Of a stretch of DNA of 64,000 nt, positions 28,170-37,562 are shown in pieces. A model generated the notes under the pieces. It had not been told where the DNA came from. It saw only the letters and a program-made list of their open reading frames with translations, and searched no databases. This DNA comes from Bdellovibrionota bacterium (lineage in GTDB: Bacteria; Bdellovibrionota_C; UBA2361; SZUA-149; CAZDWZ01), in contig JAXLVP010000001.1 in NCBI GenBank assembly GCA_046328905.1, positions 2,030,731 through 2,094,730 of the forward strand, written 5' to 3'. Numbering within the stretch: position 1 is the first letter of the stretch; each line of letters starts with the position of its first letter. The position numbers and the translations under genes were made by a program.

Positions 28170-29597
28170 CTAACTCTTCGATTCGCGAAGGGGTGGAAGC
28201 ACGAGCGGCCCGACCCCGATCGCAGAAACGAGCTCTCCTCGGTACTCACGCTCAATCCATTTCACATCGAGCGGGCCGTCTCGGAACGCGGGTTGTCGGA
28301 CGACCCAGCGATGAAACCCGAGAGTCGTTTCCATACCCTCGACCACGAGCTCCCCGAGTACCGCAACCGAGCGCCTAATCGCTTCCTCCCGACTGGCCCC
28401 CCAGACGGTCAGCTTCGACAGCAGCGAATCGTAATACGCGGACACCTGCGTTCCGGCTTCGACCCACGCGTCCTCGCGAAGCCCGGCACCGCCGAGGCGA
28501 GAGATATACCTCACCGTTCCGCTAGTCGGTTTGAACCCTTGAGAAGGGTCTTCAGCATACACTCGGAATTCGATAGCGTGGCCGCGCGACTGCACGGCGG
28601 ATTGCTCCATGGGAAGCGGTTTTCCCTCGGCAACGTGGAACTGGAGCTTGAGCAGATCGATTCCGGTAACCGCTTCGGTCACTGCATGCTCGACCTGAAT
28701 CCGGGTGTTCATCTCGAGGAAGTAAAACGGGGATTCCGCGGTAGTCCCGTCCTCGACGAGAAACTCCATAGTGCCGGCACCGCGATAACCGACAGCCTTC
28801 GCGAGCGCTACGGCGGATTCGAGCATTCGAGCTCGGACTGCCGGATGGAAAAACGCAGCGGGCGATTCCTCGACAACCTTCTGATGGCGACGCTGCAGCG
28901 AGCATTCACGCTCGCCGAAGTGCAGGACGTTTCCGTGAGCGTCGCCGAATACCTGAACCTCGATATGTCGAGGGCGTCCCAGATACTTCTCCACAATGAC
29001 ATCCCGGTTGCGAAACGCTGCTTCCGCCTCAGCTTGGGCTTCGAGCAGCTTGTCCCCGAGCTCAGCCTCTTTCTCGACAAGCCGCATTCCGCGGCCGCTC
29101 CCGCCGGCGACTGCTTTGATCATCACCGGGTAGCCGATTTTCTTACAGAATTTCTGGAGCGCATCCGGGGAGAGGCCCGCCTCGGTACCGGGCACCACCG
29201 GAACACCGCTCTCAGCCGCTTTCCTGCGCGCCTGGTCTTTGTCGCCCATCAGCCCGATGACCGCCGGATCAGGGCCGATAAACGTCAGCCCGGCGCGTTC
29301 TAGGGCACGCGCGAATTCGGCGTTTTCCGCGAAAAAGCCGTAGCCGGGATGCACGGCATCGGCTCCCGACAGAATCGCGGCGTTCAGGATCTTGTCCTGG
29401 CTCAGGTAACTGTCACGAGCGCTGTTCCCGCCGAGCGCCACTCGCTTGTCCGCCAAGCGAACATGGAGAGCGCCTTCGTCGGCATCCGAATAAATTGCAA
29501 CGGTTTGGAGCCCGTATTCACGTGCCGCTCGGATAATCCGGACCGCGATTTCGCCCCTATTGGCCACGAGAACCGTGCCGATCTTCCGTTCACTCAT
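28170..29597 (-). CDS. accC: Biotin carboxylase (acetyl-CoA carboxylase subunit AccC type), with no adjacent BCCP gene
   Basis: An ATP-grasp domain with the N-terminus KIGTVLVANRGEIAVRIIRAAREYG. Both neighbours are unrelated genes (rluA-like, trxB). Confidence 0.9.
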   Translation of the reverse strand: MSERKIGTVLVANRGEIAVRIIRAAREYGLQTVAIYSDADEGALHVRLADKRVALGGNSARDSYLSQDKILNAAILSGADAVHPGYGFFAENAEFARALERAGLTFIGPDPAVIGLMGDKDQARRKAAESGVPVVPGTEAGLSPDALQKFCKKIGYPVMIKAVAGGSGRGMRLVEKEAELGDKLLEAQAEAEAAFRNRDVIVEKYLGRPRHIEVQVFGDAHGNVLHFGERECSLQRRHQKVVEESPAAFFHPAVRARMLESAVALAKAVGYRGAGTMEFLVEDGTTAESPFYFLEMNTRIQVEHAVTEAVTGIDLLKLQFHVAEGKPLPMEQSAVQSRGHAIEFRVYAEDPSQGFKPTSGTVRYISRLGGAGLREDAWVEAGTQVSAYYDSLLSKLTVWGASREEAIRRSVAVLGELVVEGMETTLGFHRWVVRQPAFRDGPLDVKWIEREYRGELVSAIGVGPLVLPPLRESKS

Positions 29598-29854
29598 TGG
29601 AATTCGCGCGCCTATGCAAAGTTGCGTTTTTTCATGTAGGCTAGAGTCAGTTCCGCGCGTTTTCCGGGAACAATCGCTCCCATTTCGGAGCTACGCGCTT
29701 CGAAAGCCGGCCGCAGCCCAAGTCTTTCTCGGGCCAGCCCCGGCAGCCGAGCGCCAAGAGTCTCCTCGCCCGCACTCCTCCGTTTGCAGCGTTCGGGAAC
29801 GGAGTGCCGCAAAACGCTGATATAACATTGAACGCTGAGAAAGGTCATTCTTCG

Positions 29855-30787
29855 ATGTCAGACAGCACCACCCGCGACATTATCATTCTCGGCAGCGGTC
29901 CAGCAGGGCTCACCGCCGGACTTTACGCCGCTCGCGCAAATCTCAATCCACTGATCATCCACGGTCCGCAGCCGGGCGGACAGCTGACGACGACAACTCA
30001 TGTCGAGAATTTTCCCGGCTTTTCTCACGGCATTCTCGGCCCCGACCTGATGGAAGAGATGCGGAAACAAGCCGAGCGCTTCGGCGCCGTGATGCGTTCC
30101 GATCTGGTAACCAAGGTCGATTTCAGCGCGAGCCCTTTTCAGGTTTGGATCGACGGCCACCGCGAAACTGCAAGGGCAGTCATCATCGCGACCGGTGCCA
30201 GCGCACGAACACTTGGACTTGATCGCGAATGGGAGATGATGGGATTCGGCCTTTCGACGTGCGCGACCTGTGACGGCGCGTTTTTCAACGATCGCGAGAT
30301 CGTCGTGGTGGGAGGAGGCGATTCCGCTGCTGAGGAAGCTATTTTCCTCACAAAATTCGGTAAGCGGGTCCGATTGGTGCACCGCCGGGACCAGCTCCGA
30401 GCTTCGAAAATCATGGCTCAGCGCGTGCTGGAGCATCCGAAGATCGAAGTTCTGTGGAATCAGATTCCGGAGAAGCTGATCGGTGATCGGAAATCCGGGA
30501 TCACCGGCCTGGTGCTGAAACACTCGCAGACCGGCGAGCTCAGCGAGATTCAAACAGACGCCATCTTCTACGGTATCGGACACACACCGAACACCAAGCT
30601 CTTCGAGGGGATCCTCGAGATGGACGAGAACAAGTATCTTATCACCAAGCCGAACAGCACTCAGACGAATATTCCGGGAGTGTTCGCATGCGGTGACGTG
30701 CAAGATCACGTGTTCCGCCAGGCCGTCACTGCGGCGGGCTCAGGCTGCATGGCCGCTATTGAGGCCGAGCGGTTTCTCGCACATTGA
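29855..30787 (+). CDS. trxB: Thioredoxin-disulfide reductase
   Basis: GSGPAGLTAGLYAARA, the redox-active CATCDG and a second Rossmann motif GGGDSAAEEA. The start was taken at the second Met, which has an SD-like GAAAGG upstream. Confidence 0.9.
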   Translation: MSDSTTRDIIILGSGPAGLTAGLYAARANLNPLIIHGPQPGGQLTTTTHVENFPGFSHGILGPDLMEEMRKQAERFGAVMRSDLVTKVDFSASPFQVWIDGHRETARAVIIATGASARTLGLDREWEMMGFGLSTCATCDGAFFNDREIVVVGGGDSAAEEAIFLTKFGKRVRLVHRRDQLRASKIMAQRVLEHPKIEVLWNQIPEKLIGDRKSGITGLVLKHSQTGELSEIQTDAIFYGIGHTPNTKLFEGILEMDENKYLITKPNSTQTNIPGVFACGDVQDHVFRQAVTAAGSGCMAAIEAERFLAH

Positions 30788-30957
30788 ACGGCTGCATCAT
30801 CGCGGCAGAGAATTATGGAACTGGACGTTTATCAACCTTTCGATAAACCTCCGATACTTTGGACCGAACGGGGGCGGCTGCAAGAACTGCATGCCAGAGA
30901 AACCCCCGCCGGCGCCAAAGCTATTCCACGCATCCATGAAAGACTCCTGAAGGGACT

Positions 30958-31518
30958 TTAGAAGAGAGAGGTGAACGACGAGAGACAACGTCGCAGTCCG
31001 AGAAAAGACCATCCAACGACAACTTCCGGACGACAGCGCTTCGGAAGGCGTTGTCGTGCGAGATCGGCGAACAGCTCCTTCTGCAGAAGGACCGACTCCG
31101 TATCACCAACGAGCTCGACGAGCGCGTCTCTCATCCAGTCGAACTCCGGGTTGAGGGCGAACCCAACCAGCGCGACCTTGAGCGTGAATCCGCGCTGACG
31201 CGCGACGTTTCTCGCTAAGGTGACATACGCGCTGAGCGCTTCAAACTCCGTAGCCCGGCGACCGTCGATCTCCAGATCGCGGAACGTCGGCGGCTTATGA
31301 AGCACCAGGTACACCGAAGCACCGGGACTGACTCCCTTAAGGACCTCGTCCACCGATCCCAATCGATGGGGCACACCGTAAAACGGTACACCCATCTGAT
31401 GATCTCCGTCGGCGACCCAATCCAGGGTCACCTCCGGTTGCTCGAGGCCCGAGTTCAACGCCATGCAGACTGCTCTGCGAAGCGCCAACCTCAGGCGAAT
31501 CCAGCCTAAGATCTTCAT
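30958..31518 (-). CDS. Hypothetical protein (186 aa), unrecognised family
   Basis: The ORF has plausible composition, but I see no confident domain motifs. Confidence 0.35.
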   Translation of the reverse strand: MKILGWIRLRLALRRAVCMALNSGLEQPEVTLDWVADGDHQMGVPFYGVPHRLGSVDEVLKGVSPGASVYLVLHKPPTFRDLEIDGRRATEFEALSAYVTLARNVARQRGFTLKVALVGFALNPEFDWMRDALVELVGDTESVLLQKELFADLARQRLPKRCRPEVVVGWSFLGLRRCLSSFTSLF

Positions 31519-31767
31519 CTCAATACCCTCACTTTCTTACGGGTAAGAATCCTCCCCAAATGACTCGAAAACGTCCCAGTTCCCGCATCCCCACATCCGA
31601 GCACGTACTCTGCTTATGAAAGCAGCAGAGCGAGAACTGTTGATAAGTCTTCTACCCGTATGAAAGCGAACGCATAGGCTCGCCGAATAATTTATATAAG
31701 CTCGCCCAATGAGTCGGAGTCAAGAACATCACAGAAAGCTTGCCGAATACTAACGGCGGCGATTCCC

Positions 31768-31812
31768 GTTGCCCCGGAGAAGGTTGCCCCAGAAAAGGTT
31801 GAACGGGAAAAG
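31768..31812. repeat. Three tandem 15-bp imperfect repeats (GTTGCCCCGGAGAAG / GTTGCCCCAGAAAAG / GTTGAACGGGAAAAG)
   Basis: They were read directly from the sequence. They lie in the intergenic region downstream of the DUF62 gene and upstream of the 30958-31518 gene. Confidence 0.6.
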
Positions 31813-31822
31813 GAAGGGCGGC

Positions 31823-32725
31823 TCAACCGATGGTGATATGAACCGGATCGCCGGCGTCGAGCGCGAGCAGCTTTCTCGCGCTCTGTTGGTTCGCAACGAT
31901 TTCTACACATCCTTGCGAGTTAATTATGCAGCCCGGTTCACCCGTTCGAAAGTCCTCGAAGCTTTGGCGAAGGTCCAGAGTCAGGGACTGCTTCGGAAGG
32001 CTGACTATCACCTTCCCCGCGCCAAGCTGCGATTTCGTAATATTTGTCGCAGCGTTTCCAAAGTGGTCGAAGTAAACGACATGGCCCTTCAGGATGCCGT
32101 CGACTTTGATCGGCTGAGCGTGGATCTCCGCTTCGACGAGCGGAGTCGCGATTTCCGACCCGAGCTCACTCGCCGGCACACCGTTCGAAAGCATCGCCGC
32201 CACCGGGGCGAACACGTTTCTTCCGTCGAAGGTCCTTCCGGACTCGAACCTGGGCAAGCGGTGATGGTTTTGGATCTCCCATACACGTTCCCGAGCGAGC
32301 GCCGGAGCAGCTAAGGCAAAGATTCCATTGTCGGGTCCGACGAAGTAAGCCCGCTTGGGACGCACGTCGATTTCGGTCCGGACCGCTGCTTGGATGATTA
32401 TCCGACGTCGCGCGCCGCCCACCCCCGGATCAACAACAGCGAGATGGATTGTGCCGTCGGGATAATATCCGGCTGACTCAGCCAGCACTCGGGCGGCGGA
32501 AGCGATGTCACAAGGAGCGATGGAATGAGTGAGGTCGATGAGGCTGCTCTCCGGAGCGATGGAGAGCATGACGCCTTTCATCTGGGCGACGTAGGAATCG
32601 GAAAGGCCGAAATCGGTAGTGAGTGTAATGACCCCCACTCTTTCGCACCTCTGGGGAAGCGTGAGCCCGTGCTTCCCGAAAATTGTCTCAAGCGCGAATA
32701 AAGGAATCGCCTGACCCGCTTTCAC
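31823..32725 (-). CDS. S-adenosyl-L-methionine hydrolase / SAM hydroxide adenosyltransferase family (DUF62, fluorinase/chlorinase-like)
   Basis: A conserved N-terminal block (ITLTTDFGLSDSYVAQMKGVM) and the rest of the DUF62 fold. The real start is possibly the internal GTG at about 32638. Confidence 0.8.
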   Translation of the reverse strand: MKAGQAIPLFALETIFGKHGLTLPQRCERVGVITLTTDFGLSDSYVAQMKGVMLSIAPESSLIDLTHSIAPCDIASAARVLAESAGYYPDGTIHLAVVDPGVGGARRRIIIQAAVRTEIDVRPKRAYFVGPDNGIFALAAPALARERVWEIQNHHRLPRFESGRTFDGRNVFAPVAAMLSNGVPASELGSEIATPLVEAEIHAQPIKVDGILKGHVVYFDHFGNAATNITKSQLGAGKVIVSLPKQSLTLDLRQSFEDFRTGEPGCIINSQGCVEIVANQQSARKLLALDAGDPVHITIG

Positions 32726-32777
32726 GGATCAGGCGACTGACCGAATCTGCTCGGACAGAACTGGCTAGCTCGGAGAA

Positions 32778-33089
32778 CTAGGCTGACAGTCCGCGAGCGA
32801 TCAGGAACGCGAACAGCACGAGCGACTCGATGAACGCCAGTGCAAGAATCCAAGCGAGCTGCATCGGCTTTGCTGCGCCTGGGTTGCGGCTGATGCTTTC
32901 AACCGCTGCTGCGATCGCTTTTCCTTGTGCAGTTGCTCCACCGAACACCGCCAAGCCGATAGCCAAGCCTGCGCCGAGACGTCCCAAACCGGAACCTGCT
33001 GCCGCGCCTGCTGCTTCCTGCGCCATAGCCGGCTCAACTCCAACCAGGAGCGCCACCCCAACAATCGCCAACAATGAAACGAAACGCAT
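32778..33089 (-). CDS. atpE: F0F1 ATP synthase subunit c
   Basis: A two-helix proteolipid: GLGRLGAGLAIGLAVFGGATAQGKA...AFIESLVLFAFLIA. The start was chosen at the Met with a GGAGGA SD 5 nt upstream. Confidence 0.9.
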   Translation of the reverse strand: MRFVSLLAIVGVALLVGVEPAMAQEAAGAAAGSGLGRLGAGLAIGLAVFGGATAQGKAIAAAVESISRNPGAAKPMQLAWILALAFIESLVLFAFLIARGLSA

Positions 33090-33259
33090 AGATCCTCCAA
33101 CCAAACTAATTTTAACGCACACTTTTTAAAAAAACAGGCCTCGCCCGCTCATTCATCATTCTTTCAGCTCAGACACCCTGCGGCGCCGAGCTCCCATGTC
33201 ACGAGTTCGTGCCATGAGTCTCACGACCCATGCCTGTAGTGGCTCGATGCCGACAGGTC

Positions 33260-34009
33260 CTAGTGATGATCTTCCTCTTCGTGGGCCGTAGCCAAACTGA
33301 TGTAAATCATCGTGAGAATCGTGAACACGAACGCCTGAATCAGGCTGACCAGAGTTCCCATGAAGTAAAAAATCACGGGAATCGGTAAAGGAATTCCTCT
33401 TTCGAATAAGCCCTGTGTCATCTCAGTGAAAACACCGAGCACGAGATGGTCCCCCGTCATATTTCCGTACAGTCGCACTGTCAAGGAGAGCGGCCGAATT
33501 GTGTGGCTGATGAGCTCGATACAGAACAGGAATACGCCGAGTGGAAACATCCAACCGCTGAATGGGCCGAACATATGTTTGAGATACTTGAAAATTCCGA
33601 GCTCACGAATTCCCCAGAAGTTGTAGAGCACGAAAACCGTGAGCGCGAGGCCGGCATTAATCTCCGCCATGTGCGTCGGCATCACGAAACCCGGCACGAG
33701 GCCGAGCAAATTCATGGCAAGGATAAAGACGAAAAGGGTCGCGGCAAACGGAAGATACTTCCGATTCTCCTTGCCCATGGCGATATCGCCCATCCAGATC
33801 AGAAACTCGGCGAGCAGCTCGAAGAGGTTTCTCACGGTTAACCGCGATTCCGGCACCAATGGGTTCTTCGCTCGCTTCACGGCGGCCGCAGCCGAAAGCC
33901 CCGATACTACGAGCAGGATCGCAACCAGCCCCATCGAAACCAATGCCACCACTGATTCCTTGTGGGTGCCGACAGCTGCCGCAACAAAGTTAAATTCTTC
34001 TGCGCTCAT
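33260..34009 (-). CDS. atpB: F0F1 ATP synthase subunit a
   Basis: Conserved motifs: LSLTVRLYGNMTGDHLVL and a C-terminal IQAFVFTILTMIYISLA. Confidence 0.9.
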   Translation of the reverse strand: MSAEEFNFVAAAVGTHKESVVALVSMGLVAILLVVSGLSAAAAVKRAKNPLVPESRLTVRNLFELLAEFLIWMGDIAMGKENRKYLPFAATLFVFILAMNLLGLVPGFVMPTHMAEINAGLALTVFVLYNFWGIRELGIFKYLKHMFGPFSGWMFPLGVFLFCIELISHTIRPLSLTVRLYGNMTGDHLVLGVFTEMTQGLFERGIPLPIPVIFYFMGTLVSLIQAFVFTILTMIYISLATAHEEEDHH

Positions 34010-34333
34010 CGATACGCTCTCACTACTTTTAAACCGCTCTCCGGTTACAGATCCCGCCGCCTTTTCAACACACGTGAATGATTACACCGGTGGATTACCT
34101 CGAGTCTTCTGCGGCAAACTGCCGATCTCCTCACCGGGAGCTCCCGGAGCTGAGGCTCAAAGCTGAACAGACTCTACCAGACGAGAATCGAGCCGCTAAA
34201 GGGGCAGCGGCGGCGCCCTTGGGCTACGCCTTACTACAACATTCCGGAAGCCAAGTAAAACCCCGTTTCAACGGGCGCGGACACGAATTCTGATAGCCGT
34301 TCCAAGATGTTGGAGCAGTGGAAAACCCGCAGC

Positions 34334-34816
34334 CTACGGAAGTTTTGCGCTGTTCGCTTCCTCCTCGACAAAATCCGCTGTGCGCGAAGCCGTAAATGTG
34401 AGCAGCAGGGCACCGGTGATCAGGTAAACGACAAGCGCGATGAGGGCGCGCTCGAGCGCGGGTACGCCCCCGTCCCGGTACAACGTCACCAGCAGTGCGA
34501 TCGCCGCGCCCTTCAGGATGACGAGCTCGATCGCCCGAGCGATCATTTTTCGTCGGCCCGCTGCCGTCGGTTCAAGCACGGAAACACCTGCGGCGCTCGC
34601 AAACATTCTCCAGCTTCGGAAGTTGAGATGAGAGAGAGTGAGCGCCACGAGAACGGAGAGCAGCTCACGCGCTGTAAGGTATTCCCCGAAAAAGTACCCG
34701 GCAATGCACACACTCGCGATCAGCAACGCGCCGACACCGAAGACTCTCTCTCCGGCAAGCGGTGAGAAGCGATCGGTTTTCTCAGCTTCACGCGTTGTCG
34801 ATTCGTCGTTGTTCAT
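34334..34816 (-). CDS. atpI: Small 4-TM membrane protein, probable AtpI/AtpR-like protein of the F0 operon
   Basis: Position immediately upstream of atpB and a hydrophobic 160-aa product. The call rests on position only. Confidence 0.45.
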   Translation of the reverse strand: MNNDESTTREAEKTDRFSPLAGERVFGVGALLIASVCIAGYFFGEYLTARELLSVLVALTLSHLNFRSWRMFASAAGVSVLEPTAAGRRKMIARAIELVILKGAAIALLVTLYRDGGVPALERALIALVVYLITGALLLTFTASRTADFVEEEANSAKLP

Positions 34817-35708
34817 TTGAAGCCCATTTTATCGCACCGAAATGCACATGCGCGATACTCTCGCGAAGCGAGCGATGAATGCAACTGTACCTCGCAACAC
34901 GTTTTGTTGCGAGAAGCTGCGAGAACAAAAAAAATTTTGTGAAAATTTTTTTGCGCTCAGACGATTGAAATCTTTTGACCTTGAACTTTAACGAAATTTA
35001 ACTTCGGAGAATTGAGTTTGTAATGTTGGATGCATCAAGGTAAGAACGATCGCCTTTGGGGAATGGATCACAACACGTTTGTTTTTCACTCTTCATCGTT
35101 TTTGCACTTCGTAGTCCTTGGTGCTCGGTTCAGTTGGTTCTCGTGCGTTCGTTAGTTCGAACGTCGCGCTCTCATCGAGAATGAAACATGTTGATGTGAC
35201 ATGTGGATTCGGTCCTGATAGCTCAGGGCTGGTGGGTTGCTCGAGTGGTTGGAGTCATCCGCTCGGGTAGAGCTGGTCGTGACCAGCAGCTGTGCAAGGC
35301 TCGCTCTGAATGGATTGGAATCGGAGCGGTTTCCTCTGTGCAGTTTCTGCTTTCGCAGTGTTGAGGGCTCGCGAATTCGGAGTAATTTACGCTCTTTCAC
35401 CGGTTCCAGCGTCGTTTGAAAAATGGCGTTTGAAGACCTGCCCGACGAGGACATGGTCTTTCAAAGCTACGCGGAACAAGATCGCGTAGTGGATAGAGGA
35501 AAGTAGAGAGAAAGGCCTGCATGAGTGGATTAGCTCCACAGTTCAGGTTAGTTTTGCTGACGCTCTCCGGCGTGGAGATGTTCGTGGTTGCGGCGGTGGT
35601 GTCCGGTAAACGTTGGTGTGACGTCGGATAAATGACGGCGCCTGTTATGCAGCGGCGCTTTACACGCGGATAATACCGATTCCTGGAAAGGCATTTTCAG
35701 CCGAACCA

Positions 35709-37562
35709 GTGATTGTGAACCGAGCACGGAAATTGAGCGCAGAGGTAAGGCTTCGAATGGAAAACTTCGGGCGGATGGAAAGAGTGGGGGACGTTCTCGG
35801 AAGCTTCGCCGAAGCCCCTATCGCAAACCCGAAGGTTCCATCAAATTCACCACTTACCAATTCTCTACCCAATTCCCTTCAGCGGTCACAAACGTTGCCG
35901 GCTACGGCAAATACTGAAGACTCCTCCGGCGACAGCGCTCCCGAGATTGCAGATGAGAGCATTCTCCAACCGCTTCCGATTTCACCCAAAGAGCTGCAAG
36001 AGCTTTGGACTCGGACCTGCGCAGAGCTGCAAAACCAGGTAGATGTCCAAATTTACACGGCATGGCTCCGTCCGTTGCGGCTCCTCGACCTTAAGTATGA
36101 GACTGAGCAGTATGAGAATGGGCAACGCGATGGGAATGCGGCGAGCTCAGGCGGAGCGATCGCGACGCTCGCAGCTCCCAACAAGTTCTGCTCTGATCAT
36201 GTTCAGCGACACTATTCCGAGTTGATTCGGGCCGTGCTCGCTGCAATGCTTGTTCCACTCCGGTCGAAGATGGCAGCCGGCTCGAGCGCGGTCTCCGAAG
36301 AATGCGGCGCTGTTGACGAATCTGTTGATGGCACCGCGCAGGAGAAGGAACCTCAGCTGCGTTTACTTTTTCGGGTCGAAGCCGGAACACCGAACAAACC
36401 CGTTTCCGCAGAACAGCCGCAAGGAAAGCGCGGCGAGCAAGATACCGCACGCAGCAGCACGGCGCTCCACAGCTCAGCCGGAAATTCTGCCGAGCACGCC
36501 CACCGCGAGCTTCCTGTTCGCGCGCGAAAGTCTGAACAATCCCCGGACGATACGAACCTCAATCCCAAGTACAACTTTTCGAACTTTGTCGTCGGTTCCT
36601 GCAATCAGCTGGCGCACGCCGTCGGGCTCAAGGTCGCGGAAAGCCTCGGCTCGACCTACAACCCATTGTTCGTTTATGGGGGCGTCGGGCTTGGAAAGAC
36701 CCACCTCGCGAATGCGATTGGAAATTCTGCACGACGTCGCTGCAAGAAGGTTCTACTCGTCAGCTCGGAGACCTTCGTCAGCGAGCTGATTGCATCCCTG
36801 CGCAGTAACCGCATGGACCAGTTCAAGAGTAAGTTTCGCTCACTGGACCTCCTCATTATCGATGACATCCAGTTCATCATCGGGAAGGAGCGGACGCAGG
36901 AAGAGTTCTTCCATACGTTCAACGACCTCTATAACCGTCACAAGCAGATCATCATCACTTGCGACAAGGTTCCTCAGGAGCTCGTCGGTCTCGAAGAACG
37001 GCTGAGAACACGCTTTTCCTCGGGCCTCTCCGTAGATCTTCAGGCTCCGGATTTTGAGACACGTGTCGCAATTCTCAATAAAAAGGCGGAAGCGGAGAGC
37101 GTGATGCTCCCTGAGGATGTCGCGCGATGCCTCGCCGAGCGAATCAACACCAACGTCCGTGAGCTCGAAGGCGCGCTCAATCGTTTGAAGGCGCTTAGCT
37201 CTTTGCAAAAGACCGGCATTTCACGCGAGCTCGCTGAGGAAGTTCTCCGAAGCCTCGCTCCGCTGAAGATGACGGAAGTTACCTCAGAGCTGATTCAACG
37301 CATCGTTGCCGAACGTTTCAACGTCAGCGTGCACGACCTGCTCGGTAAGCGGCGCACGCAAAACATCGCGCTCGCACGACAAGTAGCTATGTATCTATGC
37401 CGGAGAATGACTGCGCTCTCGTTCCCTGAAATCGGCGCATTTTTCGGCGGCCGCGATCACTCAACAGTGATCCACGCGCAGAAATCGATCACGGAAAAGC
37501 TCGCAGCAGACGCAGAGTTTCGCGCGAACGTTCGCAACATCGAGAAGCGTATCCGAGCGTAA
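35709..37562 (+). CDS. dnaA: Chromosomal replication initiator DnaA (long N-terminal extension and expanded domain II)
   Basis: Domain I (LWTRTCAELQNQVDVQIYTAWLRPL), AAA+ motifs (GGVGLGKTHL, DDIQF) and the domain IV DnaA signature (ALARQVAMYLCRRMT). The start is uncertain, with candidate Met codons at 35709, 35757 and 35775. Confidence 0.93.
   Translation: MIVNRARKLSAEVRLRMENFGRMERVGDVLGSFAEAPIANPKVPSNSPLTNSLPNSLQRSQTLPATANTEDSSGDSAPEIADESILQPLPISPKELQELWTRTCAELQNQVDVQIYTAWLRPLRLLDLKYETEQYENGQRDGNAASSGGAIATLAAPNKFCSDHVQRHYSELIRAVLAAMLVPLRSKMAAGSSAVSEECGAVDESVDGTAQEKEPQLRLLFRVEAGTPNKPVSAEQPQGKRGEQDTARSSTALHSSAGNSAEHAHRELPVRARKSEQSPDDTNLNPKYNFSNFVVGSCNQLAHAVGLKVAESLGSTYNPLFVYGGVGLGKTHLANAIGNSARRRCKKVLLVSSETFVSELIASLRSNRMDQFKSKFRSLDLLIIDDIQFIIGKERTQEEFFHTFNDLYNRHKQIIITCDKVPQELVGLEERLRTRFSSGLSVDLQAPDFETRVAILNKKAEAESVMLPEDVARCLAERINTNVRELEGALNRLKALSSLQKTGISRELAEEVLRSLAPLKMTEVTSELIQRIVAERFNVSVHDLLGKRRTQNIALARQVAMYLCRRMTALSFPEIGAFFGGRDHSTVIHAQKSITEKLAADAEFRANVRNIEKRIRA

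Noticed and set aside
30822-30968. A 48-aa plus-strand ORF in the trxB downstream spacer (MELDVYQPFDKPPILWTERGRLQELHARETPAGAKAIPRIHERLLKGL).
   Set aside because: It has no SD and no recognisable motif, and it overlaps the 3' end of the convergent hypothetical gene. There is insufficient evidence for coding.
31768-31812. Whether the tandem 15-mers, or the CTCTGCGTC duplication at 23181-23200, represent a CRISPR array.
   Set aside because: Only 3 contiguous 15-bp units with no spacers. There is no cas gene context. They are far shorter than CRISPR repeats.
32225-32250. A tRNA-like T-arm motif (GGTTCGAGTCC on the minus strand).
   Set aside because: No matching acceptor or D/anticodon stems could be folded. 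It lies inside the DUF62 coding sequence.
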